A DNA stretch of 35,253 nucleotides from a bacterium (lineage in GTDB: Bacteria; Bacillota_I; Bacilli_A; RF39; UBA660). The DNA is taken from contig JAQXHT010000075.1 in NCBI GenBank assembly GCA_029007415.1, forward strand, positions 1-35,253. Direction: 5' to 3'. The notes beneath the pieces were generated by a model. It was not told the DNA's origin. It did not search any database and saw only the letters and a list, made by a program, of their open reading frames with translations. Shown piece by piece: positions 8,528-16,365 of the stretch. Within the stretch, counting starts at the first letter, position 1, and every line of letters begins with the position of its first letter. The position numbers and the translations under genes are program-made.

Positions 8528-8595
8528 GAATTTTGCAAATTCAGCTACTGAAAACGCTAAATTCGGCCAAAAATAGGGCTGAATTTGCAAAATTC
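8528..8595. repeat. 18-bp perfect inverted repeat (GAATTTTGCAAATTCAGC / GCTGAATTTGCAAAATTC) separated by 32 nt
   Basis: Read directly from the sequence: arm 1 is 8528-8545 and arm 2 is 8578-8595. Arm 1 sits inside its own palindrome, CTGAATTT-TGC-AAATTCAG. Confidence 0.75.
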
Positions 8596-8654
8596 CCTGT
8601 TTGCTTTTTACTTTTGACTTATGTTAGAGTACCAGTCAAGAAAGGAGGAGTCAT

Positions 8655-9002
8655 ATGCTTAATGAACTAGTTTTAGTCGGTAGACTTGCTAATGAAATTA
8701 GAATTAACAAGACCGAAACTGGCAAAAAGATTGGTAATTTAACTCTAGCTGTTCCAAGAAGTTTTAAGAATATGGACGGTTTGTATGAAACTGATTTTGT
8801 TCCTTGTATTTTATGGGATGAAAAAGCAGCCATTGCTAAAGAGTATTGCCATACTGGCGATATCGTCGGTATTAAAGGTCGCTTGCAATCAAGAGTGATT
8901 GAAACAGAAGCTGGAAGAAGAAGTCATTTAGAAGTAGTAGCAGAAAGATTAACATTTCTATCTAGTAAAAAAATAGAAGATGTCAAAAATACTGATATTT
9001 GA
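8655..9002 (+). CDS. ssb: Single-stranded DNA-binding protein, short form without acidic C-terminal tip
   Basis: 115 aa. OB-fold SSB sequence includes LVGRLANEIRINKTETGKKIGNLTLAV, FVPCILWDEKA and IVGIKGRLQSR. A strong RBS (AAAGGAGGAG) precedes it. Confidence 0.85.
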   Translation: MLNELVLVGRLANEIRINKTETGKKIGNLTLAVPRSFKNMDGLYETDFVPCILWDEKAAIAKEYCHTGDIVGIKGRLQSRVIETEAGRRSHLEVVAERLTFLSSKKIEDVKNTDI

Positions 9003-9109
9003 TAATTGATGATTTCCAGATATTGTAATTGAAGAAGAGTTAATTATTTGTAAACTTAACAGAAAAATACTTTTTAACTAGTATATAATAAATACTTGAG
9101 GTGGTAAGA

Positions 9110-9454
9110 ATGCTATTGGCAAAAAGAATTAAAGAATTAAGACTAGAAAAGAATCTAACGCAAGAAGAATTAGGAAAATTAATAAACGTTACTAAAGTTA
9201 GCATTTGTTGTTATGAAAATGCAGCTCGAGTTCCTACTCTTGAGACTTTACTAGCTCTTGCTGATGTTTTTAATGTTGGACTTGATTATCTATTAGGAAG
9301 AGAAGAAACTGTAGAAGTCTTAGAAGAAAAGACTAAAATGTCTAAAGAAGAAGTAGAATTTATTAAAGAAATTCGTAATAATAAAAAAACTTATGAATTT
9401 TTAATCACTAATCCGAAAAGATGTGCTTCTTTAATTGAAAAAAAACTAAGTTAG
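9110..9454 (+). CDS. XRE-family helix-turn-helix transcriptional regulator
   Basis: ORF 9101..9454, with the ATG at 9110 following GAGGTGG. The HTH_3-like segment is LTQEELGKLINVTKVSICCYENAARVPTLETLLALADVFNVGLDYLLG. Confidence 0.8.
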   Translation: MLLAKRIKELRLEKNLTQEELGKLINVTKVSICCYENAARVPTLETLLALADVFNVGLDYLLGREETVEVLEEKTKMSKEEVEFIKEIRNNKKTYEFLITNPKRCASLIEKKLS

Positions 9455-9457
9455 TAA

Positions 9458-9487
9458 TTGACGATAAAGTTTTTCTAAACCTATAAT
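9458..9487 (+). promoter_or_regulatory. Sigma-70-type promoter for pdp (TTGACG, 18-nt spacer, TATAAT)
   Basis: The -35 is at 9458-9463 and the -10 at 9482-9487, about 16 nt upstream of the pdp ATG. Confidence 0.5.
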
Positions 9488-9503
9488 TATAATAGGTGAT
9501 AGA

Positions 9504-10727
9504 ATGATAAAGGAAATTATTGAAAAGAAGAAAAATAAAGAAGAACTCTCTAAAGAGGAACTGGAAGAAATATTTCTTGGTTATTTAAATGGAACAGTAG
9601 AAGATTATCAGATGAGTGCCTTTTTAATGGCTATTTGTCTTAATGGAATGACTGATAAAGAAACATTTATTGTAACCGATTTATTCTTACATAGTGGTGA
9701 TATGTTAGATTTATCTTTTATCGAGGGAGTCAAAGTTGATAAACATTCAACTGGTGGTGTAGGTGATAAAACTACCTTAGTAGTTGGTCCAATTGTTGCT
9801 AGTTGTGGTGTTCCTTTTATAAAGATGAGTGGTAGAGGTTTAGGTTTTACAGGAGGTACTATTGATAAATTAGAAAGTATACCTAATTTAAAAGTATCTT
9901 TAACAACAGAAGAAATTGAAAAACAAGCCAAAGAAATTGGTCTTGTTATAACCTCACAGACTAAAAATTTAACTCCACTTGATAAAAAAGTTTATGCTTT
10001 AAGAGATGCAACTTCTACGACTGAGAGTATTCCTTTAATTGCTAGTAGTATTATGAGTAAGAAAATAGCAGGAGGAGCTGAAAAAATCGTCATAGATATC
10101 AAAGTTGGTGAAGGGGCTTTACTAAAAACGAAAGAAGAAGCTGAAAAGCTTGGTGAGTTACTAGTTAAAATAGGTAATCACTATAAAAGAGAAGTAAGTC
10201 TCATCTATTCTGATATGTCTATGCCGTTAGGAAAAGCTGTTGGAAATAAATTAGAAGTCATTGAAGCAATTAAAGTCTTAAAAGGTTTAGAGAAAGAAGC
10301 TTTATATGATGAATGTATTCTAATAGCTGCTAAATTAATCTCTCTTGCTAAGAATATTTCTTTAGAAAAAGCAAGTGATGAAGCAATTAACTCTATCGAA
10401 AGTGGTAAAGCTTATAAAAAATTTGAAGAATTTGTAGCTTATCAACATGGTGATTTACAAAATCTAAAAGAAGCAGAAAAACCAATAATAATAAGAGCAA
10501 ACAAACCTGGTACTATTAAAAAAATACATGCTTTAGAAGTCGCAAAATTGTCCTATCAACTAGGAGCATTACGAACTACTAAAGATGAAAAAATTGATTA
10601 TAATGCAGGTGTCTATATTGAAAGAAAAATAGGGGATAAAATAGCACCAGGTGCTGTTCTTATGAAGCTTTACACTATTAAAAAAATTGACAATATCAAT
10701 CTAGACCTAATTTTTGAAATATCTTGA
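9504..10727 (+). CDS. pdp: Pyrimidine-nucleoside (thymidine) phosphorylase
   Basis: 407 aa with family motifs DKHSTGGVGDKT, SGRGLGFTGGTIDKLESIP and SIMSKKIA. Confidence 0.9.
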   Translation: MIKEIIEKKKNKEELSKEELEEIFLGYLNGTVEDYQMSAFLMAICLNGMTDKETFIVTDLFLHSGDMLDLSFIEGVKVDKHSTGGVGDKTTLVVGPIVASCGVPFIKMSGRGLGFTGGTIDKLESIPNLKVSLTTEEIEKQAKEIGLVITSQTKNLTPLDKKVYALRDATSTTESIPLIASSIMSKKIAGGAEKIVIDIKVGEGALLKTKEEAEKLGELLVKIGNHYKREVSLIYSDMSMPLGKAVGNKLEVIEAIKVLKGLEKEALYDECILIAAKLISLAKNISLEKASDEAINSIESGKAYKKFEEFVAYQHGDLQNLKEAEKPIIIRANKPGTIKKIHALEVAKLSYQLGALRTTKDEKIDYNAGVYIERKIGDKIAPGAVLMKLYTIKKIDNINLDLIFEIS

Positions 10728-10744
10728 AAAAGATATTTTTCTTT
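10716..10744 (+). terminator. Hairpin terminator overlapping the pdp stop codon
   Basis: AAATATCTT (10717-10725) pairs with AAGATATTT (10730-10738) across a 4-nt loop, followed by a T-rich run. Confidence 0.5.
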
Positions 10745-10752
10745 GCTATACT
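10724..10752 (+). promoter_or_regulatory. Promoter of the adhesin-sortase operon (TTGAAA, 17-nt spacer, TGcTATACT)
   Basis: The -35 is at 10724-10729 and the extended -10 at 10744-10752. The TTG start at 10743 in the ORF track falls inside the -10, which supports the ATG at 10779. Confidence 0.55.
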
Positions 10753-10778
10753 TTATCTATAAAGGTAAGGTGAGACAT

Positions 10779-12329
10779 ATGGGTACTAAAGGTACGCGAA
10801 AGAAAGTAATAAAACAGTCAAAGTCTGATATCGAGTTTGAAAAAGCTAAGAAAAATGTTAAGACAATTGGAATTGTTTCAATAATAGCATTACTAATAAT
10901 TACAGTAATAGGTTTTGTTGTTTATGGAAAAAGCTCTTATGCGGCATTATTACAATCACTTCCAAATACTTTCACAAGTAGAACCGGTACAAGTCCAAGT
11001 TCCGCTTGTAAAGATAATAGTTCATCTCCTGCTTGTAAAGTGTTACGTGAGATAGGAACAATTGATATTATTCATGGCTTCCAAGCTAGTTATAATGGTA
11101 CACTTGCTGATTTATATTGTATAGAACATAATAAAGAAATGAAATCAAGTGTTAACTATACAAAAGATGCATCAGTATTATCTACATATCCTGGAATTGT
11201 TTACATCTTAGATAACGATAAATTTACAACAACAGGAGCAGCTTGTATAAGTAGTGGAAGTTGTACTTCTTCACAATTACACGAATACTTAACCCAAATT
11301 GCTATTTGGTGGTATATCGATAAAGTAAATGGTTGTGATGATGATAAAGATTATACAGCTAAAGGAACAGTAGCTAGTGGTGTTACTGTAGATGAAGATG
11401 GCGAGTATAAATATGATGATAATGGTGATTATAAATTCTATAATAACTTAACAGCACAAGATAAAAAAGATATCAGTGCTAGTAAATATGCATCAGAAAT
11501 TAAAAAGTTAGTTGATGGCGCTGTTGCTTATAAAGGAGAAACAACTAATGCTAATATTTCGTTACCAACTACTGATAAAATAACTTATACTTTAAGAAGT
11601 GATGGTTTAATGACTAACGAAATTACACCAACAAGTACAGCAAGTAGCTTTTCAAGTTATAATGTATCAGTTACTGATTCTAATGTAAAAGTAGTAAATA
11701 CTACTGGAGTTGAACAAACAACATTTGGAAAAGGAGAATCATTCAAAATCTTTATTCCAAAATCAGCTATTCCAGCTAAAGGTGAAGTAACAGTTAATGT
11801 TAATGTAGAAGGTACATTCAGTAAAAAAGATGCTTTCTTCTATAAACCAGATGATTCTAATGTTCAAAAGACAGTATTAGGTGTTATCAATAACGAAAAA
11901 CAAAGCGTTAAACTAGATTTAAAATATGAAATTGATTTAGGTGAAGGAATATTCAAGAAAGTAGAAGCTGGAACTGGTAAACAAATTAGTGGCGCAGTCT
12001 TAACTGTTGTAGATAGTGAAGGAAATACGGTTGATACTATTACAACTACTGATGAAGCTAAAACATTAATCTTACCAGTAGGAAAATATACTGTAACAGA
12101 AACAACAATTCCAGACGGTTATAGTGCTGAAAAGACAACTTATGAATTCGAAATCAAGAAAGATGAAACAACAGAAATAGTTTTAGAAAACACTAAAGAA
12201 ATTGATGTTCCAAATACTAAAGCTAGTATAAACTATATTTATGGAATTGGAGCAACCGTAATTATTGTTGGTATTGTCTTCATTGTAGTAGCTAATAAAA
12301 CTTCTAATGAAAAAAAGAAGAAAAATTAA
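10779..12329 (+). CDS. Cell-surface adhesin with a putative internal-thioester (TED) domain, a Cna-B/SpaA-like domain and a C-terminal membrane-anchor/sorting region
   Basis: There is an N-terminal TM/signal segment. The TED-like Cys context is LYCIEHNKE (Cys codon 11118-11120) and the Gln context is LTQIAIWWY (Gln codon 11295-11297). The Cna-B-like segment is GAVLTVVDSEGNTVDTITTTDEAKTLILPVGKYTVTETTIPDGYS. The C-terminus reads VPNTKAS, then a hydrophobic helix, then KKKKN. Confidence 0.7.
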   Translation: MGTKGTRKKVIKQSKSDIEFEKAKKNVKTIGIVSIIALLIITVIGFVVYGKSSYAALLQSLPNTFTSRTGTSPSSACKDNSSSPACKVLREIGTIDIIHGFQASYNGTLADLYCIEHNKEMKSSVNYTKDASVLSTYPGIVYILDNDKFTTTGAACISSGSCTSSQLHEYLTQIAIWWYIDKVNGCDDDKDYTAKGTVASGVTVDEDGEYKYDDNGDYKFYNNLTAQDKKDISASKYASEIKKLVDGAVAYKGETTNANISLPTTDKITYTLRSDGLMTNEITPTSTASSFSSYNVSVTDSNVKVVNTTGVEQTTFGKGESFKIFIPKSAIPAKGEVTVNVNVEGTFSKKDAFFYKPDDSNVQKTVLGVINNEKQSVKLDLKYEIDLGEGIFKKVEAGTGKQISGAVLTVVDSEGNTVDTITTTDEAKTLILPVGKYTVTETTIPDGYSAEKTTYEFEIKKDETTEIVLENTKEIDVPNTKASINYIYGIGATVIIVGIVFIVVANKTSNEKKKKN

Positions 12330-12984
12330 TAAAAAAGGCCAACTTCTTCTAGTTGGTCTTTTCTTCCTTTTAATAGGAATAGGAGTAGTTGTTTCTGTTC
12401 CTTTTAAGACTTTAAAAAATAAAGTATTTGATGAAATGAAATTAGCTATATATCAAGATGATATCAATGAAGATAATGACACTATTCAAAATGTAGAAAC
12501 AAAAGATATTGAACAAAAAGATAATCAACAGAATAATACTTCATCAACACCAAGTAATACCCAAACGTCAAAACCAGTCTCTTATACCTATGTTGGACAA
12601 TTATCAATTCCCAAGATAAGATTTAAACGCGGATTTGTTAAAAAAGAATCAAGATATAATAATATTGAATATAATATTGCTATTGCAGAAGAAGCCGATT
12701 ATCCAGATGTTAAGAATGGTAATTTCATCTTAATGGCTCACTCAGGTGATGCTCCTATTTCTTTTTTTGAACCACTTTATAAACTAGAACTAGGAGATCA
12801 AGCAACAGTTAGTTATCAAGCAAAAGCTTATTATTATACTTTAGTTAAAACTTATCAAGTAGAAAAGACAGGAAAGATTGCTATTTATAGAAATTATAAT
12901 AAAAAAACATTAACACTAATAACTTGTACACATGATGATTTAACAAAACAAAGTGTATATATCTTTGAACAAACTAATGAATAA
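12307..12984 (+). CDS. Sortase-family transpeptidase (atypical: no Arg after the catalytic Cys)
   Basis: 225 aa with an N-terminal membrane anchor. The His context is LMAHSGD and the catalytic motif is TLTLITC (Cys codon 12925-12927). It overlaps the end of the adhesin gene by 23 nt. Confidence 0.75.
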   Translation: MKKRRKINKKGQLLLVGLFFLLIGIGVVVSVPFKTLKNKVFDEMKLAIYQDDINEDNDTIQNVETKDIEQKDNQQNNTSSTPSNTQTSKPVSYTYVGQLSIPKIRFKRGFVKKESRYNNIEYNIAIAEEADYPDVKNGNFILMAHSGDAPISFFEPLYKLELGDQATVSYQAKAYYYTLVKTYQVEKTGKIAIYRNYNKKTLTLITCTHDDLTKQSVYIFEQTNE

Positions 12985-12996
12985 GGAGGGAATAAT

Positions 12997-13590
12997 ATGG
13001 ATTTGAATTTTATGGATAAAGTTAGTTTATTTACAAAAATAAACTTTTCTTCCTTTTTAACAATTGAAGAAGCTTTAATCTTTATAATAATATTTCTTTT
13101 TTTACTATTTAATTTAAAATATAAAAACAAAATAGTTTCTATCTTTATACCATTCCTTCTTTTATTCATTACAAGTTTCAGTCTTTTCCTTTTTGGAAGT
13201 GATATAACTTATGTTTTAGAAACAATTATGAAAGGAATAATTTATTCATTTTATTTTCCTAATATAATCTTTTATATAATTACTGTTCTAATAAGTTTTC
13301 TCTTTTTTATATATACCATTATTTCTAAAAAATTAACTAATAAAGAAAAGATAGTTAACTATCTTATATGTGGTTTTCACTTATATTTATTTGTACTCTT
13401 TACAACTAACTGTCTTAATCTAAAAGTATCATTAATTTCTCCTGCAAAAATCTATAAACATGATGAATTATACGTTTTAGTAGCAGTAAGTCAAGTAGTA
13501 TTTTATCTAAATATAATCTATCAAAGTGTAAAGCTAGCCGTAAGAAAATTGAAAAAACAAGACGCTAGTGCTATAATGTATGAGAAGTGA
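12997..13590 (+). CDS. Hypothetical polytopic membrane protein
   Basis: 197 aa following an AAGGAGGG RBS. It has several Phe/Ile/Leu-rich TM segments and no recognised motif. Confidence 0.6.
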   Translation: MDLNFMDKVSLFTKINFSSFLTIEEALIFIIIFLFLLFNLKYKNKIVSIFIPFLLLFITSFSLFLFGSDITYVLETIMKGIIYSFYFPNIIFYIITVLISFLFFIYTIISKKLTNKEKIVNYLICGFHLYLFVLFTTNCLNLKVSLISPAKIYKHDELYVLVAVSQVVFYLNIIYQSVKLAVRKLKKQDASAIMYEK

Positions 13591-13600
13591 GGTTTATTTT

Positions 13601-15670
13601 ATGAAGGAAAAACTTAATAAACAACTAAAACGGGGAAAGAAATACTTAAAAAGAGTAAAAGATGAAAAGCTTATTAAAAAATACTTCAAAGAAAATACGC
13701 TTTTCTTAACATTTATTATTATTTGTGTAATTAACTCCACAATGCTTCGTTTCTTTACGATGCATACAATGGAAAACTATTTAGCTATCAAACCAATACT
13801 AGCTGATATTGGTATTGTTACTATTGTAGGTTCTTTTTCTTATTTGTTTAAAGGAAAGAAAAGATATACCTATTTGTTAATAGCTAGTATTTTCTTTACC
13901 TCTATTTGTATGATTAACTCAATATATTATACGTTCTATACATCTTTTGCTAGTGCTTCAATGTTATCACTTACCCAGTTTATAGCCCCTGTATCAGATG
14001 CTGTTGTAGAAAATGTCTTACAACTTAAAGATTTACTTTACTTAATACCATTTCTATACTTTGTCTTTACTTATCATCGGCTACTTAAACAAGGTAGGTT
14101 TAATCGCTATAGTAAAGAAGAAAGAAAGACTAAATGGCTTCATACTTTAATAGTTGGTGCTGCTACTATGGTAGTGTTTACTGTTACTTTATCAGGCCTT
14201 GAAATTGGAAGATTTGTTAAACAATGGAATAGAGAATATATTGTTATGCGTTTTGGTATCTATTTATATCAAGGAAATGACGTTGTTAAAAGCTTACAAC
14301 CAAAGATAAGTGCGATGTTTGGTTATGACAATGCAAAGAAAAGTTTTGATGAATACTTTAAAGATAAAAGTGATACTAGAGATTATAAAAATGAATATAC
14401 AGGAATATTAGAAGGAAAGAATGTTATCGTTATTCATGCTGAAAGTTTCCAAGATGTAGCGCTTAATAAAACTTTTAATGGAGAAGAAGTAACTCCTAAT
14501 ATGAATAAATTGATAAAAGAAGGTTTATTCTTCTCTAACTTTTATTCTCAAGTAAGTGTGGGTACTAGTTCTGATACGGAATTAACTTTCAATACTAGTT
14601 TAATGCCGACTCAAAATGGTACTGCTTTCGTAAGTTACTTTGATAGAACCTATAATGGTACTCCAAAATTTATGAAAGAAAAAGGTTATTATACTTTCAG
14701 TATGCATGCTAATAATGCTGATTTCTGGAATAGACGTGCTATGCATGAATCATTAGGTTATGAGAAGTTCTATAGTAAAGAAACTTATAAAACAGAAGGA
14801 GAAGAAATGATTGGATTAGGTCTATCTGATAAGTCATTCTTCAAACAGTCTGTTGAAAAATTAAAAAAGATTAATGAAGAACATGATAAGTTTTATGGAA
14901 TAGTTATTTCTTTATCAAATCATACACCGTTTTCTGATGTTACTAAATATGGTGAATTTAAAGTTACAATGAATGAGGAAGTTACTAATGAAGATGGTAC
15001 TACAACAACAGTAGAACATCCATATCTAGAAGGTACTAAATTAGGTAATTACTTTAAATCAGTTCATTATGCAGATGCAGCTTTAGGGGAATTCTTTACA
15101 GAATTAGATGAAGCTGGTTTACTTGAAAATACAGTTGTGATGCTTTATGGTGATCACGATGCAAGACTTCCAAAAGCTGATTATGTTAAAATGCTAAACT
15201 ATGATATGACAACTGATAGTGTTAAATCAAAAGATGATCCAACTTACCAAGAATTTAATAGTTATCATTATGAATTAAATAGAAAAGTTCCATTACTTAT
15301 TTGGACTAAAGATGATACAATCAAAGCTAAACAAGTAGATGATATTATGGGAATGTATGATGTACAACCAACTATTAGTAATATGTTAGGTTTCTATAAT
15401 AAATATTCTCTAGGACATGATATTTTTGAAATTAAAGATAATAATATAGTAGTATTCCCTAACGGTAACTGGTTAACTAATAAAGTATATTACAATAGCC
15501 AGAAAGGTGAATATATGTCTTTAAAAGATGAAGTAATTGGTGAAAACTATATTAAAGAAAATTCTGATTATGCTGAAAAACTTCTAGATGTTTCTAATAA
15601 TATAATCGTCTTTGATTTACTAAATCCTAATAAAAACGAAAGTGCAGTAAGTAAGGAGGTTAGCAAATGA
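13601..15670 (+). CDS. ltaS: LtaS-family lipoteichoic acid synthase / sulfatase-fold phosphoglycerol transferase
   Basis: ORF 13580..15670, with the ATG at 13601 following GAAGTGAGG. It has an N-terminal multi-TM domain and an extracellular sulfatase-like domain (IVIHAESFQD, SVGTSSDTELTFNTSLMP, SLSNHTPF, MLYGDHD). Confidence 0.85.
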   Translation: MKEKLNKQLKRGKKYLKRVKDEKLIKKYFKENTLFLTFIIICVINSTMLRFFTMHTMENYLAIKPILADIGIVTIVGSFSYLFKGKKRYTYLLIASIFFTSICMINSIYYTFYTSFASASMLSLTQFIAPVSDAVVENVLQLKDLLYLIPFLYFVFTYHRLLKQGRFNRYSKEERKTKWLHTLIVGAATMVVFTVTLSGLEIGRFVKQWNREYIVMRFGIYLYQGNDVVKSLQPKISAMFGYDNAKKSFDEYFKDKSDTRDYKNEYTGILEGKNVIVIHAESFQDVALNKTFNGEEVTPNMNKLIKEGLFFSNFYSQVSVGTSSDTELTFNTSLMPTQNGTAFVSYFDRTYNGTPKFMKEKGYYTFSMHANNADFWNRRAMHESLGYEKFYSKETYKTEGEEMIGLGLSDKSFFKQSVEKLKKINEEHDKFYGIVISLSNHTPFSDVTKYGEFKVTMNEEVTNEDGTTTTVEHPYLEGTKLGNYFKSVHYADAALGEFFTELDEAGLLENTVVMLYGDHDARLPKADYVKMLNYDMTTDSVKSKDDPTYQEFNSYHYELNRKVPLLIWTKDDTIKAKQVDDIMGMYDVQPTISNMLGFYNKYSLGHDIFEIKDNNIVVFPNGNWLTNKVYYNSQKGEYMSLKDEVIGENYIKENSDYAEKLLDVSNNIIVFDLLNPNKNESAVSKEVSK

Positions 15671-16290
15671 AACTAAAGAAGAAAGTTAAAAGATTTTTAA
15701 TCATTTTCCTTATCATTATAGTAGCAGCTGTTGGAGGTTTTGTATTTTACGAAATGACTAATACTTCTAAAGTTACAATTAAGAAAGCAACTGTTTTGAA
15801 TGAAATAAAAGAATATGGTTATACTTTAAAATCAAATAAAAGTAAAGCTTATAAGAAAGAATTTGCTAATCTTACGACTATTTTAAATAGTGATACTGTA
15901 GATGAAGAAGCTTATCTTAAATCAATTACTAAATTATTCATACTAGACTTTTATACTTTAAGTGATAAGGTTGCTAATACTGATGTTGGTGGAGTTGATT
16001 TTATTCATACTGATGCTAAAACTAATTTCTTAGAAAAAGCAGAAGACACTATCTATAAATACGTTGAAAATAATATGTACGGAGGAAGACGTCAAGATCT
16101 TCCTACTGTTCAAGATGTTACTATTGAGGATATTCAAAATGTAAGTTTTACTCTTAATCAAGAGACAGATACCAATGCTTATCAAGTGACAGTATCTTGG
16201 ACTTATACTAAAGAAAATGATTATCAAAATAAGGCATCTTTAACCTTTGCACACGAAGGTGAAAAGTTGTCATTAGTTGAAATGAAATAA
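15667..16290 (+). CDS. Hypothetical membrane-anchored extracytoplasmic protein, translationally coupled to ltaS
   Basis: 207 aa. An ATGA overlap joins it to the ltaS stop. It has a single N-terminal TM helix and no recognised motif. Confidence 0.6.
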   Translation: MKLKKKVKRFLIIFLIIIVAAVGGFVFYEMTNTSKVTIKKATVLNEIKEYGYTLKSNKSKAYKKEFANLTTILNSDTVDEEAYLKSITKLFILDFYTLSDKVANTDVGGVDFIHTDAKTNFLEKAEDTIYKYVENNMYGGRRQDLPTVQDVTIEDIQNVSFTLNQETDTNAYQVTVSWTYTKENDYQNKASLTFAHEGEKLSLVEMK

Positions 16291-16318
16291 TATGCTTATA
16301 TAGCATATTATTAATTTT
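16288..16318 (+). terminator. Terminator after the ltaS operon
   Basis: TAATATGCT (16288-16296) pairs with AGCATATTA (16302-16310) across a 5-nt loop, followed by a T-rich tail. Confidence 0.5.
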
Positions 16319-16365
16319 GATAACAATAAGTTGTTATACTGATACTAGATAGAGGGTGTGTCTAA

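Noticed and set aside
8655-9454. ssb plus an XRE regulator as a prophage or ICE fragment.
   Set aside because: No integrase, recombinase, replication, structural or att-like repeat features are nearby. The flanks are core suf and pdp genes. I kept it only as a note about an SsbB-like short SSB.
10725-10727. Mycoplasma-type genetic code (UGA = Trp), considered because of the extreme AT content.
   Set aside because: TGA ends the pdp ORF at the expected protein C-terminus. Every Trp codon I read off the DNA (TQIAIWW in the adhesin, YAWF in the 34838 gene) is TGG, and the standard-code ORF track gives full-length family proteins. Peptidoglycan, LTA and sortase genes indicate a walled organism. 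The standard code 11 fits.
10743-10778. N-terminal extensions proposed by the ORF track: 10743 for the adhesin, 21746 for the ATPase, 31539 for murF, 6615 for the suf-inserted ORF, 16926 for the exchanger, 13580 for ltaS, 17953 for rluB and 33230 for ddl.
   Set aside because: The extended starts fall inside predicted promoters or terminators or inside the upstream gene, and they lack an RBS. Internal ATG or GTG codons have properly spaced Shine-Dalgarno sequences and give N-termini typical of the families.
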